From Candidatus Poribacteria bacterium (GTDB lineage: Bacteria > Poribacteria > WGA-4E > PCPOR2b), in contig OZ240245.1 of NCBI GenBank assembly GCA_965198175.1, forward strand, positions 2,432,001-2,496,000: 64,000 bases of DNA. Reading direction: 5' to 3'. Under the pieces are notes generated by a model, which was not told the DNA's origin, made no database searches, and saw only the letters and a list, made by a program, of their open reading frames with translations. Shown here one piece after another: positions 49,368-58,446 of the stretch. The position numbers and the translations under genes are program-made. How positions within the stretch are numbered: position 1 is the first letter of the stretch; each line of letters begins with the position of its first letter.

Positions 49368-49694
49368 ATGGCTGAAAACGTTTTAGAAATCACCGATGAT
49401 ACTTTTGAAAATACTGTTCTGAATTCTGATATGCCGATTGTTGTCGATTTTTGGGCGGAATGGTGCGGACCGTGCAAAATGATTGGCCCAATCTTGGAAG
49501 AGCTTGCTGATGAACATACCGACCAATTCAAAGTCGGCAAACTCAACGTCGATGACAATCGTGAGACGGCAATGAAATATCGTGTGCTTAGCATCCCAAC
49601 GCTCCTCGTGTTCAGCGATGGGGAGATTAAACAGCAGATTATCGGCGCGTTGCCGAAAGGTGCATTGAAAGATAAGATTCTCTCCGCGTTGTAG
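49368..49694 (+). CDS. trxA: Thioredoxin
   Basis: VDFWAEWCGPCK, SIPTL; AGGAG RBS before ATG 49368. Confidence 0.96.
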   Translation: MAENVLEITDDTFENTVLNSDMPIVVDFWAEWCGPCKMIGPILEELADEHTDQFKVGKLNVDDNRETAMKYRVLSIPTLLVFSDGEIKQQIIGALPKGALKDKILSAL

Positions 49695-49791
49695 GTAATG
49701 ATACCGACATGGGGTTCGTAATGCGCAAAACGCAAGATTTTTGCGTTTTACGTCCCTGCCCACCATCATATTGTGCAGGAACGCATATTCG

Positions 49792-51087
49792 ATGGCTATA
49801 ATCTGGAAAGCGTTCTATAACACAGTTGTAGTGCCCGCGCTATGCGTCGGATTCCACATAACCGCTCGATTTAATGCAAAGACTCGTGAGGGGATAGCCG
49901 GCAGACGAAACGTGTTCAAGTTTCTCAATAATCAGTTGGAATCCGCACGAGAACTCGACCAAACCGCTTGGTTTCATTTCACCTCAGTCGGAGAGTTCGA
50001 GCAAGCCAAGCCGCTAATCGAAGCGATTAAAGATGACACTCGAATCGTTTTAACTTACTTTTCCCCCTCGGTTCAGCCCAACGTCGCAAAATATCCGCAT
50101 TGCGATGCAGCTTCTTATTTTCCGCTTGATACCGCCCGAAACGCCAAACGGCTCATTCAACTTATTAAGCCGTCTATCCTCATCTTTTCAAAGTTCGACA
50201 TCTGGCCAAATCTCGTCTGGTGCGCTTCCAAACATAGGATACCAATTATTCTAATCGCAGGGACACTACACGCAAAGTCCAAACGTCTGGCGCTCTGCGC
50301 CAGGTCCTTTTTCAAGTGCGTGCAACGGTGTCTTGCATTACATTGCGTCATCTCAGACCGTGACGCCCAACGGTTTCGCCGAATCTGCCCGTCAAACGCC
50401 CAAATCCAAGTCACGGGAGATACCCGCTTTGATCGGGTTTATCAACATGCGGTCGCTATTAATGCAGACGCCCAATTTTTCCCAGGACAATCGACATTGC
50501 AACACCCAATCTTAATTGCGGGAAGCACTTACTCAGCGGATGAACGGGTTCTGCTAGCGGCATACAGTCTCCTACGCAAAAATTCGACGCAGGCCATGCC
50601 GCGTTTAATCCTCGTCCCTCATGAACCAACGGCGGAACGAATCGCAGAAATTCAGACTCAATTGAATCTCCAGCGATTTTCACATACGTGTTATTCGCAG
50701 TTGCACGCGGGGGCGGACCTAAGCCGAATTGATGTGATTGTGATTGACACCGTTGGTCTGCTCGCAAAACTCTATCGGTTAGGAGACATCGCGTTCGTCG
50801 GCGGGAGTTTTCACGGAAGTGTTCACAACGTGATGGAGCCCGCCGCGATGGCAAAACCCGTCCTATTCGGTCCAACTATCCATAATGCATATGAAGCACA
50901 CCTGTTGAAGGATCGAGGGGCAGCGTGCTTGGTCAATACTGCCCAGGAGATGGCAGATGCGCTCAAATCGCTGATTTCCAACCGCAATCTTTGCAATCGA
51001 ATGGGGAAAATTGCCGTGGAAACCATTGAGGAAAATCTGGGGGCTACCGAACGCACACTCGCTCACATCAAACCTTATTTAACGTGA
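49792..51087 (+). CDS. waaA: 3-deoxy-D-manno-octulosonic acid (Kdo) transferase
   Basis: WFHFTSVGE, FPLD, TGDTRFD, AGST, LVPHEP, AFVGGSF, HNVMEPA. Confidence 0.9.
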   Translation: MAIIWKAFYNTVVVPALCVGFHITARFNAKTREGIAGRRNVFKFLNNQLESARELDQTAWFHFTSVGEFEQAKPLIEAIKDDTRIVLTYFSPSVQPNVAKYPHCDAASYFPLDTARNAKRLIQLIKPSILIFSKFDIWPNLVWCASKHRIPIILIAGTLHAKSKRLALCARSFFKCVQRCLALHCVISDRDAQRFRRICPSNAQIQVTGDTRFDRVYQHAVAINADAQFFPGQSTLQHPILIAGSTYSADERVLLAAYSLLRKNSTQAMPRLILVPHEPTAERIAEIQTQLNLQRFSHTCYSQLHAGADLSRIDVIVIDTVGLLAKLYRLGDIAFVGGSFHGSVHNVMEPAAMAKPVLFGPTIHNAYEAHLLKDRGAACLVNTAQEMADALKSLISNRNLCNRMGKIAVETIEENLGATERTLAHIKPYLT

Positions 51088-51230
51088 CACATGATGTGCG
51101 GTCAAGTTGATGGCGTCGGGTTGCACTCTCTATATGTCGAGGTTAACTAGTGTTAGTTCCTACGAATTACGAAGTCTGAATCGCCCTTACGAGGCATTGA
51201 GGCATTCAACTGCGTAAGTCCTAAAGAGAT

Positions 51231-51797
51231 TTAAAAATAGGCATGTATGCCCGTTCCTACGTAAACACCAGCAAGGCCTTTGGATTGAGAAATAACTTTT
51301 TCCCTGCCAAACCCTTGACCGACTTCCGCGTTCAGGCCGAGAGGAATCCCTCCAAATGAAAACACAAGCTCGCCTCCAAAAGCGATTCCAGCTCCTAGAG
51401 TTGTGGTTCTAACAATCTCTTGACCGTGTTCCTGATCCTTTTCATATCGCCAGCCACCTTCTAAGCTAAAATAAAGTCGGGCTAGGTTCCGCCTGTCTTG
51501 ATGCTCAAATATGGCATATGAAACGCCTGCTCCTAACATATGGTCGCTATTCTGATCATTGAGAATAAAACGTCCAACGGTTTGAAGATAGACGGGTGCC
51601 AGTCCGTTATAGCGAAAACTAATTCCGCCAAATGCGGGTGTGGCTCCCTGTAGTCCGATACCGAAAGTTTTTGTGAGGTGGTTTGCTTGTGCTTGAGTCG
51701 AGGGACTGAAGGTTACCCCCAACAAGATACAGATTAAGGTTGAAATTAAGCGTGTCACTGTTTTTATCCTTGAATTGTGTTTCATTGTGATCCCCAT
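51231..51797 (-). CDS. Putative small outer-membrane beta-barrel protein
   Basis: Signal peptide (AQA), amphipathic beta strands, C-terminal GIHAYF. Confidence 0.65.
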   Translation of the reverse strand: MGITMKHNSRIKTVTRLISTLICILLGVTFSPSTQAQANHLTKTFGIGLQGATPAFGGISFRYNGLAPVYLQTVGRFILNDQNSDHMLGAGVSYAIFEHQDRRNLARLYFSLEGGWRYEKDQEHGQEIVRTTTLGAGIAFGGELVFSFGGIPLGLNAEVGQGFGREKVISQSKGLAGVYVGTGIHAYF

Positions 51798-51833
51798 TAA
51801 AGATTTCTCCTAACAATCAAGTTCAGTTTTTGC

Positions 51834-53495
51834 TTATTGAGCAATTAGCATCGTCACCCGATGCGGCTCGGTAGTGGATGGGTGATGCATGAGAATGTCC
51901 TGCACCCCGTCCTTGTTAAGGTCAACCAGCCAAGTATATTCCTCGTAGGGCATGTTGACCGCTACCTTTTGAGGTCGCCGGGCAAACAGATCTGGTCCCG
52001 GCTGGCCGATAAAGACGCGCAGTTCTTTCCGCCTATTCTGCACCAGCAGGTCCAAGCGTCCGTCGCCGTTCACGTCCCCGAACAGCATCGACGGGAAGTG
52101 CATGGCTTTCTCGCCTGAATCTCCGGGGGAATGCGTCTTGATCTTGCGGGTGGCATCGGGTTCGTCGGGATACGAGCCTCCTGCCATGCGGTAGAGATTG
52201 AGATCTAGCGACACGGACTCCGTCAGGAGCCCGCTGGCCAGCATGCCGATGACTTTGAAGATGCCTGGGTCGATGATCGCGAAGGTCATGTCGGTCTGAC
52301 CGTCGTCGTCGAAGTCGTGCGCGCCCATCTCGAACGGGATGCCGTCCGACCGTATCATGGTGCTGACCTCCGTTGCGAACACAGTGCCGCCGGGTGTCGG
52401 CGTGCCGAAGTGCACCTCGTAGGTGGAGTGCATGCCCCACAGCTCGGATGTCTGCCCCAAGAGGCGGCCCCTTCCCGCCTGCAACGAGAAGATTGCGAGG
52501 TCGGCGACGCCGTCATGGTTCATGTCGGTCAACGCGTGCAGCACCCTTCCCGTCATGACTCCGGGCGCTCCGTGGTCGAAACGCCTACGACGAACTCCCG
52601 CGGGAGCGACAAGGGAAGCGAGGTCGTCGGAGTCGAAGGCAACCTCGGTTGTGAAGGTCTCAGCCGACGGGGAAAACAGCCCATGTTCATCTTGGTGATG
52701 AACGAGGAAGTGGTCTTCATACCAGAACACCAGGTCGATGCGACCATCTCGGTTGTAGTCCATCTCGTGAACGCGGCCCTCATCCCAGGGGTTGTATCGG
52801 TATCCATCGACTGCGTAAATCGTCCCCATCTCAATGGAGGGGCCAATCTTCACTGGATCGGCGAAGGTGCCGTCGTTAATCTGGATGAACACCCAGAAAC
52901 CATGGGAGTCCGGCACAACTATATCATCGCGGTCATCACCGTTGAGGTCCCGCGTAATATCTACATGGGGGATTTCACCTTTGGGAGGCGGGGTATTGGA
53001 AGTAACCTCCACCATCGGGCGCTCCGTTGCCGATTCGGGATCGAACCAATTCACGCGACGGCTACCGTAGGTAATCAAGCGGTCACGTCCATTGATGTTA
53101 GCCACGTCAACGAACAGCACTTCGGGACGCAGTGCAGCGTCCAGTCTCAGTGTCCAACTTTCGTCGTCGAATGCGTAGACACGCAAGCGGCGATAGTCCT
53201 TCGCGTCAATGTTCACCACGATAAGTTCCGCGGTAGCACCGCCAAGAAGAAATCCCGTCAAAACGGTCTGGTGTTTAGCGGAGCCGGTGACGACCTCATA
53301 CTGCTCGAAAGTAAATTCCGCGTCGGCAGACGGCATCGAATCGCCTTCTCCGCCGAGCATCCCCGAGCATCCCGATAGGTATACTCCAAGAACCACTATG
53401 GAGAACAAGCTTGGTCGATAGTGCCCCGCGTGATTGATGGACGAGTTAATTTTAGAAGAAAGAAAGTCTTTGTAGGATGGGTTTCGATTTTTCAT
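51834..53495 (-). CDS. FG-GAP/VCBS-repeat putative lipoprotein
   Basis: Lipobox LSGC; repeated DLNGDDRDD, DYNRDGRID, DMNHDGVAD, DVNGDGRLD, DLNKDGVQD. Confidence 0.85.
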   Translation of the reverse strand: MKNRNPSYKDFLSSKINSSINHAGHYRPSLFSIVVLGVYLSGCSGMLGGEGDSMPSADAEFTFEQYEVVTGSAKHQTVLTGFLLGGATAELIVVNIDAKDYRRLRVYAFDDESWTLRLDAALRPEVLFVDVANINGRDRLITYGSRRVNWFDPESATERPMVEVTSNTPPPKGEIPHVDITRDLNGDDRDDIVVPDSHGFWVFIQINDGTFADPVKIGPSIEMGTIYAVDGYRYNPWDEGRVHEMDYNRDGRIDLVFWYEDHFLVHHQDEHGLFSPSAETFTTEVAFDSDDLASLVAPAGVRRRRFDHGAPGVMTGRVLHALTDMNHDGVADLAIFSLQAGRGRLLGQTSELWGMHSTYEVHFGTPTPGGTVFATEVSTMIRSDGIPFEMGAHDFDDDGQTDMTFAIIDPGIFKVIGMLASGLLTESVSLDLNLYRMAGGSYPDEPDATRKIKTHSPGDSGEKAMHFPSMLFGDVNGDGRLDLLVQNRRKELRVFIGQPGPDLFARRPQKVAVNMPYEEYTWLVDLNKDGVQDILMHHPSTTEPHRVTMLIAQ

Positions 53496-53543
53496 ATGTA
53501 TTTTCGTTTCTGGTCATTCCATACAATAACATGGATAATTTAC

Positions 53544-53556
53544 TTAACAGTGTTAA
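53544..53556. promoter_or_regulatory. Putative TetR operator (TTAAC-AGT-GTTAA)
   Basis: Palindrome upstream of the FG-GAP gene; same arms at 54240. Confidence 0.6.
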
Positions 53557-53601
53557 CATACTGGCAAAAAATATATGGCAACCTTCGCCAAATAATCTGA
53601 T

Positions 53602-54207
53602 CTACGCCTTCAAACCCTCGATCATCATGTTAATCACCGTGTCGATCAATCTGTCTTTCGCGGCCCAGGGGAAATCGGGAAAATCAATCAGAAGCAATGT
53701 GACACCGTGAACAGCTGACCACAGTGCCTGACCGGTGATGTCGACATCCACCTGGCGGAATGTCTTCTGTCGCACACATTCCGTGACCATTGCGCGCAGG
53801 TAATTAAACACCTTTTCGCCAACCGATCCTTCTTGCAGACCTAATCCCTTCTGAAACTGGGGACGGACGACAAACGTCAGCTTGTAATCTTGCGGATACT
53901 CTAGACCGAATTCGACATAGGCTTTTCCACTTTTTCTCAGGTTCTCGACGGGGTTGCTTTTATCTCGTTTCAGCAGCTCAAGCGTGTTCAACAGGTTCAG
54001 GAGTGTTGCCTTGCAAACGGAATCTAAAAGATCTGCCTTGTCTCTGAAATAAAGGTAGATCATCGTCGGCGAATACTCGATCTTATCAGCAATCTTTCGC
54101 ATGGAGACGTTCTCGTAGCCTTCTTTGACGAACAACTCTCGCGCTGCAGAAAGAATTTGACGGCGTAACTGCTCTTTTTCCCTTGCTCTCCGTTCTTTAA
54201 CACCCAT
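53602..54207 (-). CDS. TetR/AcrR family transcriptional regulator
   Basis: ILSAARELF..GYENVSMRKIA..YSP..IYLYF HTH; WSAVHG C-terminal motif. Confidence 0.93.
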   Translation of the reverse strand: MGVKERRAREKEQLRRQILSAARELFVKEGYENVSMRKIADKIEYSPTMIYLYFRDKADLLDSVCKATLLNLLNTLELLKRDKSNPVENLRKSGKAYVEFGLEYPQDYKLTFVVRPQFQKGLGLQEGSVGEKVFNYLRAMVTECVRQKTFRQVDVDITGQALWSAVHGVTLLLIDFPDFPWAAKDRLIDTVINMMIEGLKA

Positions 54208-54239
54208 TGTTCTGCCCTTGGTTTACATCGTAATTTAAT

Positions 54240-54280
54240 TTAACGCCGTTAAGTATATCAGATGTTTTCCCATATGTCAA
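54240..54280 (-). promoter_or_regulatory. tetR sigma70 promoter with overlapping operator
   Basis: TTGACA-17 bp-TATACT (54280-54252) abutting the palindrome TTAAC-GCC-GTTAA (54240-54252). Confidence 0.7.
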
Positions 54281-54352
54281 GAATTTTTGCATCCATGTAT
54301 TTTTTTCTATCCTCAGAGGACGATGCCTTTAAGAAACAGTCATCAGTTAAGA

Positions 54353-54516
54353 GTAGGTTGGGTTGAACGGAACCAACTAAGAAATACCAAGAATTGGACC
54401 AGTATTGCGATGTTCAATTCTGCGCAAAGAGTTTCTATTTGCTTGACCCATGTAGGCAATTGTGTATATAATCATCATTACATTTTTTCACGAGTTTATA
54501 AATTTGAAAACCCAAC
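54353..54516 (+). repeat. GTAG-type REP/MITE-like element (copy 5)
   Basis: GTAGGTTGGGTTGAACGG; partner arm AAACCCAAC at 54508-54516. Confidence 0.6.
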
Positions 54517-54717
54517 AACCGGCACAAAGAAAACCACGTGTCAACAACGCTTTTAGGAAGGACCAATTCCTTTTCGCTTTCGCCTCGGTCCGAAACTCTA
54601 TGACCGACTCCGGGTGAGCGCCATCAAATACCGAAATTCCATCTTTCGGGAAATCAATTGATTGTTGGTAAGGGATTAGCACAGGTTTAAACCCACAAAC
54701 AAGAAGGGAGAATTCTC

Positions 54718-55212
54718 TTGAGTCGCCCCTTGCAGGAAAGAAGACAACTGAGCCTCTTCGAAGTGTGTTTTTATGCTAATTGTGTTGTGCTGGCACTTAT
54801 CTGCTTCGGTCTAATTCTAGGACATGCTTTGTATAACATCACTGTTCACTCTATTCACCCGTCCACCGGCTGGTGGTGGATCCTCTCAGTCTTTTTGCTC
54901 ATTAACGTCTCAATTTTGATTTTTTGGACAAGGAGGATCATCTTGAGCCGTCCCACTCCTGAAAGAAAACAGCTTAGGTCCGTACAAGTGTGTTTTTATG
55001 CTAATGTTTCTTCAGTGGTAACTGTCTGCTTCTTTGTAACTCTCGGGATTCCTTTGTATTCTATCACTGTTGACGGTATTACTCCGTCTTCCACCGCGTG
55101 GTGGCCGGTCTTCATCTTTTTGTTCATAATCTTCCCTACTTGGATCTTTTTGGGTCGGAGGTTGTATTCACAAGGAATAAACACAATAAAAGAAACAACG
55201 GTGTCAAAATGA
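54718..55212 (+). CDS. Four-TM membrane protein made of two 75-aa repeats
   Basis: SRP..ER+QL...VCFYAN repeated with a 225-nt period. Confidence 0.7.
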   Translation: MSRPLQERRQLSLFEVCFYANCVVLALICFGLILGHALYNITVHSIHPSTGWWWILSVFLLINVSILIFWTRRIILSRPTPERKQLRSVQVCFYANVSSVVTVCFFVTLGIPLYSITVDGITPSSTAWWPVFIFLFIIFPTWIFLGRRLYSQGINTIKETTVSK

Positions 55213-55247
55213 GATTTACAGTGTCCACATTCGCACTTAGTTAAGAA

Positions 55248-55346
55248 TAGGTTGGGTTGAACGGATTTAATGAGAAACACCAAGCATTATACTTGAATTG
55301 CGGGGTTGATACCTCTTGAAAACTCCCAAATCGAGTGAAACCCAAC
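55248..55346 (+). repeat. GTAG-type REP/MITE-like element (copy 6)
   Basis: TAGGTTGGGTTGAACGG ... GTGAAACCCAAC; preceded by the same AGTTAAGA as copy 5. Confidence 0.6.
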
Positions 55347-55385
55347 GCTTGATAATCAGCGCATCGGCGAGAATCAACGACGCAC

Positions 55386-57017
55386 CTAAAACTCCAACTG
55401 ACGCCCTTTCGGGTTTGCTGGGTTCGCTTTGCGAAACGTGACATCAATCGGCGTGCGCGGATACTCAATACCTTTCCCATCTAACAGTTCTTGAATTGTG
55501 CGAATCTGGATCTTAGGATACGTTGTGTCAGCCACGTGAAGCCATTGAAATCGTCCCGCCGCCGTCGCTTCCTTGAGCATCGGTTGCGTTGGCGTGTTCA
55601 GAGTAATAAAGACGCCAATCACAGCGCCTTGGCTATCGACGACCGACTTCAGTTCCCGTATGTCCTTGACAGACACTTTCCCACTTTTTACCTGAACGAC
55701 AATCTTTCGAGTTAGCGCCTTTTTCGTGTTATCCGGATCAACATCTTGATAATAGATTACCCCGTCCACCCCCTCGTCCGCTCCCTTCTTTTTCTCCTGA
55801 TAAGGTCGCGCCCGAATCAGACTCAACGCCCACCACTGGAATTGATACCGATCCTGAACCGCTAAAGCCCTAGCGCTCGCCTCATCTTTTGGCTCTCCGA
55901 CGATTTCGTACTTCACATTGTCGTCGAAGGCATCCACCAGGCGGTACCTCAATAGAGTGATAGCAAGGTGAGTAATGTCTATCCCAATCCATTGGCGATT
56001 AAATGTCGCAGCCGCTTGAATCGTTGTACCACAACCAGCAAAGGCATCAAGCACCACATCACCTTCATTAGACGATGTCTTGATGATACGTTCTAGCAAT
56101 ACAAGCGGTTTCTGCGTAGGGTACCCAAGGCGTTCTTTACTGGTGTTTCCAATTCGTGGAATATCATTCCAAATTGACGGTATCTGTTTTCCCGGAAGTT
56201 CGTCAAGATACACTTTTAACCCGTCCAGGCGCGAGGTTCCATCTTTCTTCAGTAGAATGCGCCCTTCCGCATACCATTTCTCCAATTGCTCTAACGATGC
56301 TCCCCAGCTTCGATGAGTAGGAGGTTGCGTCCCTCTCCATTCAAAGTTTCGACTCTGCATTACTGTTGACATTGTTAAGTCTCGACCTGTGTACAGGCGT
56401 CCATTCTCATCTGTTTTATAGCGCGATAACTGTGCATCTGAATATTCGGTGTATTGTTTATTCCAAGTATAACTATCGTCTTTAGAATAAAAGAGAAGTA
56501 GGTCATGGACTTTGGAGTAGTACCTCGCTTTCATGTTATGGGCATTGGTTCTTTCCCACACAATCTCATTCCTAAAATTCTCAACCGCAAAAATCTGATC
56601 CAAGATAATCTTCAAATAATGCGATGCTGTCGGGTCACAATGGAGATAAAAACTCCCTGTAGGCTTTAGGACGCGATGTAACTCAACCAATCGTAACGCC
56701 ATCATCACGACGTATGCCATCAGGTTCGTTTCTGTAAGGAAGCCGCGAAAACTCTTGATCGTCTCAACCAGAAGGTGCGGCGCTGTCCCGACTAACTCAT
56801 GATATGCCTGCTCGGTGGATTCGCCCCACCGCCATGTATCCTCAAAGGCTTGAATCTGCGCTTGCGATGCCGTGCCGTCCGTCTCACTGAAAATTATATT
56901 GTACGCCTGATTCGAGTTGAACGGAGGGTCGATGTAGATTAAGTCTACACTTTCATCGGGGATATGCTCTCGTAAGATTTCGAGGTTATCCCCGTAGTAA
57001 AGCATATTCATAGTCAA
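55386..57017 (-). CDS. N4/N6 DNA methyltransferase fused to an Mrr-like restriction endonuclease domain
   Basis: LIYIDPPF, YPTQKP, DAFAGCGTT; C-terminal ADEGVDG..VVQVKS (PD-(D/Q)xK). Confidence 0.88.
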   Translation of the reverse strand: MTMNMLYYGDNLEILREHIPDESVDLIYIDPPFNSNQAYNIIFSETDGTASQAQIQAFEDTWRWGESTEQAYHELVGTAPHLLVETIKSFRGFLTETNLMAYVVMMALRLVELHRVLKPTGSFYLHCDPTASHYLKIILDQIFAVENFRNEIVWERTNAHNMKARYYSKVHDLLLFYSKDDSYTWNKQYTEYSDAQLSRYKTDENGRLYTGRDLTMSTVMQSRNFEWRGTQPPTHRSWGASLEQLEKWYAEGRILLKKDGTSRLDGLKVYLDELPGKQIPSIWNDIPRIGNTSKERLGYPTQKPLVLLERIIKTSSNEGDVVLDAFAGCGTTIQAAATFNRQWIGIDITHLAITLLRYRLVDAFDDNVKYEIVGEPKDEASARALAVQDRYQFQWWALSLIRARPYQEKKKGADEGVDGVIYYQDVDPDNTKKALTRKIVVQVKSGKVSVKDIRELKSVVDSQGAVIGVFITLNTPTQPMLKEATAAGRFQWLHVADTTYPKIQIRTIQELLDGKGIEYPRTPIDVTFRKANPANPKGRQLEF

Positions 57018-57043
57018 TCTCCTAACCCCTCAACACACTAGAC

Positions 57044-57367
57044 CTAAACAAGAACCACTCGCTGTTGTCCCTCTTTTCCTGCTGAGGGAATAATGCGAAT
57101 CTCAATATCGTGATTCAGCCGGTTAAGAAATGTCATTAATCGCTCAAGGCTGTAATGATTAAACTTCCCCTTCTTTAGCCGAGATATCTCAGGCTGCTTC
57201 ACGCCTAAAATCTTCGCTGCCTCAGTCTGGGTCAGCTTCCGCTTTTCTATAATCTGAAATACTTCAAACCCGAGGGTTGCCTTGAGAAACAATTCCTCCG
57301 CATCTGGTAGGTCAAGATCCTTATACACATTGCCGGAACTCTTTTCAAACTGAATCTTCTCGCTCAT
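57044..57367 (-). CDS. XRE/HTH_37-family regulator (HigA-like)
   Basis: SSGNVYKDL, LTQTEAAKILGVKQPEISRL, YSLERL. Confidence 0.88.
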   Translation of the reverse strand: MSEKIQFEKSSGNVYKDLDLPDAEELFLKATLGFEVFQIIEKRKLTQTEAAKILGVKQPEISRLKKGKFNHYSLERLMTFLNRLNHDIEIRIIPSAGKEGQQRVVLV

Positions 57368-57390
57368 AATTCTCCTCTAGTTTCTGCTTG

Positions 57391-58446
57391 TCAAGCGCTT
57401 TGAGCATTTCGCGCAATGACTTCCCCCCGCTCTCCTTCGGCGCCCTTGATTTCAAATCGAACGGGTAAAAACTGCTGAAGTAGCCAGATGTTTGTCGTGA
57501 GATGGGGAGTAATCTGAGAAGTGGTAAAACGCGATTCTTCTTTGGCAAGCGCCATGGGTAGGATGAGTTGATCGGAGAGGTGCGGGTCAATTGCCGCGCC
57601 CGACGCCAAAAAATCAGTCAGCGCTTGGCAAACTTCGTTAGCGACCTGTTCGGCAGGCTTTCCGCGTTTACCCAGTGCGAAAAATCCCGCTTGCGTATGC
57701 TCAAATACCGCGTTCAGAAAAACAAGCGTTCCCTGCCCGATAGATTTCCCCTGGACCAAGTCGATATTGACGCATGGGGTGAACTGCGCCAAGTGTCTCA
57801 CGCTCTGATCTCGCTGGCGAATCGCTATGTGATTGGGCAGATTGGAAACGGCGGAAATCCCTCGAATCTTTTTCAATACCCCTCGCTCACTCAGGTTCAC
57901 CCCGCGCCAGTTAGGGACGGGTTGAATGCGCGCAGTTGCTTCTCCGCCGCCTTTTGGATACCAGCCCCACCGCTTCAACTTCAGAGAACCTTGAAACCCG
58001 AACTTCGCCACCGCAGGGATGAATATTGTCTGAAGGTAGTGAACGTTTGGGCTGTATGGCACATGCGTGCCACCGCGCAGCGTCACGGTTGACGGGGCAT
58101 CAGCGTAAGCCAGCGGGATGGCAATGGATTGGAAGACGAGAGATAACGCCCCTGCACTTGGACGAACATCAGCCACATCAAAGATGAAGTTACCGCCACG
58201 AATCCGTTGTGGAACAAAGGATAAGGTTTGTGAACCAAGCGTAGCCCCCTTCACCTCGGCATTTGTGATTGCTGCAACTGCATTAACTGTAGTGAGATGC
58301 TGTGCTGCAAGTCCTGGTCTTCTACGTCCTGAACGGATGTTTGTCAGCCGGATGGGCTGTCCGAGAATTGCAGATAAGCTCAGGCTTGATCGCAGAATCT
58401 GACCGCCGCCTTCGCCATAATCGCCATCAATTTCGAGAAAGTTCAT
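57391..58446 (-). CDS. rtcA: RNA 3'-terminal phosphate cyclase
   Basis: IDGDYGEGGGQILR, GLAAQH, GGTHV, GWYPKGGG, HLSDQL. Confidence 0.95.
   Translation of the reverse strand: MNFLEIDGDYGEGGGQILRSSLSLSAILGQPIRLTNIRSGRRRPGLAAQHLTTVNAVAAITNAEVKGATLGSQTLSFVPQRIRGGNFIFDVADVRPSAGALSLVFQSIAIPLAYADAPSTVTLRGGTHVPYSPNVHYLQTIFIPAVAKFGFQGSLKLKRWGWYPKGGGEATARIQPVPNWRGVNLSERGVLKKIRGISAVSNLPNHIAIRQRDQSVRHLAQFTPCVNIDLVQGKSIGQGTLVFLNAVFEHTQAGFFALGKRGKPAEQVANEVCQALTDFLASGAAIDPHLSDQLILPMALAKEESRFTTSQITPHLTTNIWLLQQFLPVRFEIKGAEGERGEVIARNAQSA

Noticed and set aside
52317..53378. 353-aa plus-strand ORF
   Set aside because: Antisense shadow of the GC-rich FG-GAP gene, with no motifs.
54488..54682. 64-aa minus-strand ORF, possible gene fragment
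   Set aside because: It overlaps a REP-like arm, has no RBS and no recognisable family.
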